Part shown: one piece after another, positions 23,744-24,000 of the stretch | Numbering within the stretch: the first letter of the stretch is position 1 | Layout: every line of letters begins with the position of its first letter | NCBI GenBank assembly: GCA_034430835.1 | Contig: DAOUDX010000398.1 | Span: 1-24,000 of the forward strand | Source: Anaerolineae bacterium | GTDB taxonomy: Bacteria; Chloroflexota; Anaerolineae; B4-G1 | Direction: 5' to 3' | Length of the DNA stretch: 24,000 nt | Notes under the pieces: generated by a model | Seen by the model: only the letters and a program-made list of their open reading frames with translations | Database searches by the model: none | Told to the model about the DNA's origin: nothing | Position numbers and translations under genes: made by a program

Positions 23744-24000
23744 ATGTCGGCAAGCAACCCACACCCTGTCCTCTTCATCGCTCCCACCCTCGGCGGCGGC
23801 GGCGCAGAACGCGCTCTGGTCAACATCGTCAATCACCTGGACCGCAGCCGCTTCCAGCCGCACCTGGCCTTGTTCCAGAAGGAAGGCGTCTTCCTGGAGG
23901 AGCTGACCCCCGACGTGCCGGTCTACGAGATTCAACCGGCGGATCGAGGCTTCCTGCGTCGCAACTGGACGCGTATGTGGGCGCTCAAGCAATTGTTCGC
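23744..24000 (+). CDS. Glycosyltransferase family 4, N-terminal fragment (runs off the window)
   Basis: Not in the ORF track because there is no stop in the window. ATG 23744: MSASNPHPVLFIAPTLGGGGAERALVNIVNHLDRSRFQPHLALF... is a typical GT4 N-terminus. GC returns to the high level here. Confidence 0.75.
   Translation, partial: MSASNPHPVLFIAPTLGGGGAERALVNIVNHLDRSRFQPHLALFQKEGVFLEELTPDVPVYEIQPADRGFLRRNWTRMWALKQLF

Overview
High-GC (about 60-72% in hand-counted 60-nt lines) bacterial chromosomal fragment; the taxon cannot be assigned from the sequence. Left to right: (1) a RAYT/IS200-like Y1 transposase gene broken by a 20-nt hairpin, overlapping the start of an endonuclease III gene. (2) Ribosomal protein L25/Ctc on the minus strand. 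(3) A 5.2-kb gene for a secreted protein made of three tandem parallel beta-helix (PbH1) plus DUF11-like modules, with a 1-nt frameshift in the last module. (4) A minus-strand Rrf2 regulator - cysK - cysE::DUF59 fusion - nifS operon, where nifS is cut off after about 227 aa where it meets the giant gene. (5) Divergently from back-to-back consensus promoters, arsR - hgcA - hgcB (mercury-methylation corrinoid protein and its ferredoxin) followed by a PIG-L/LmbE deacetylase. (6) An exopolysaccharide locus with a MarR-type EPS regulator behind a palindromic operator, six glycosyltransferase genes (the last partial), a SAM methyltransferase, a Wzx-like flippase and an AsnB amidotransferase. The central 8.5 kb of this locus is distinctly lower in GC (about 40-57%). 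The most interesting items are the hgcAB module and its link to cysteine/Fe-S genes and a deacetylase, the CysE-DUF59 fusion, the tri-modular giant gene and its junction with the truncated nifS, and the hairpin-disrupted transposase. No rRNA, tRNA or CRISPR was seen. All protein-family assignments rest on motif recognition by eye, not database searches.
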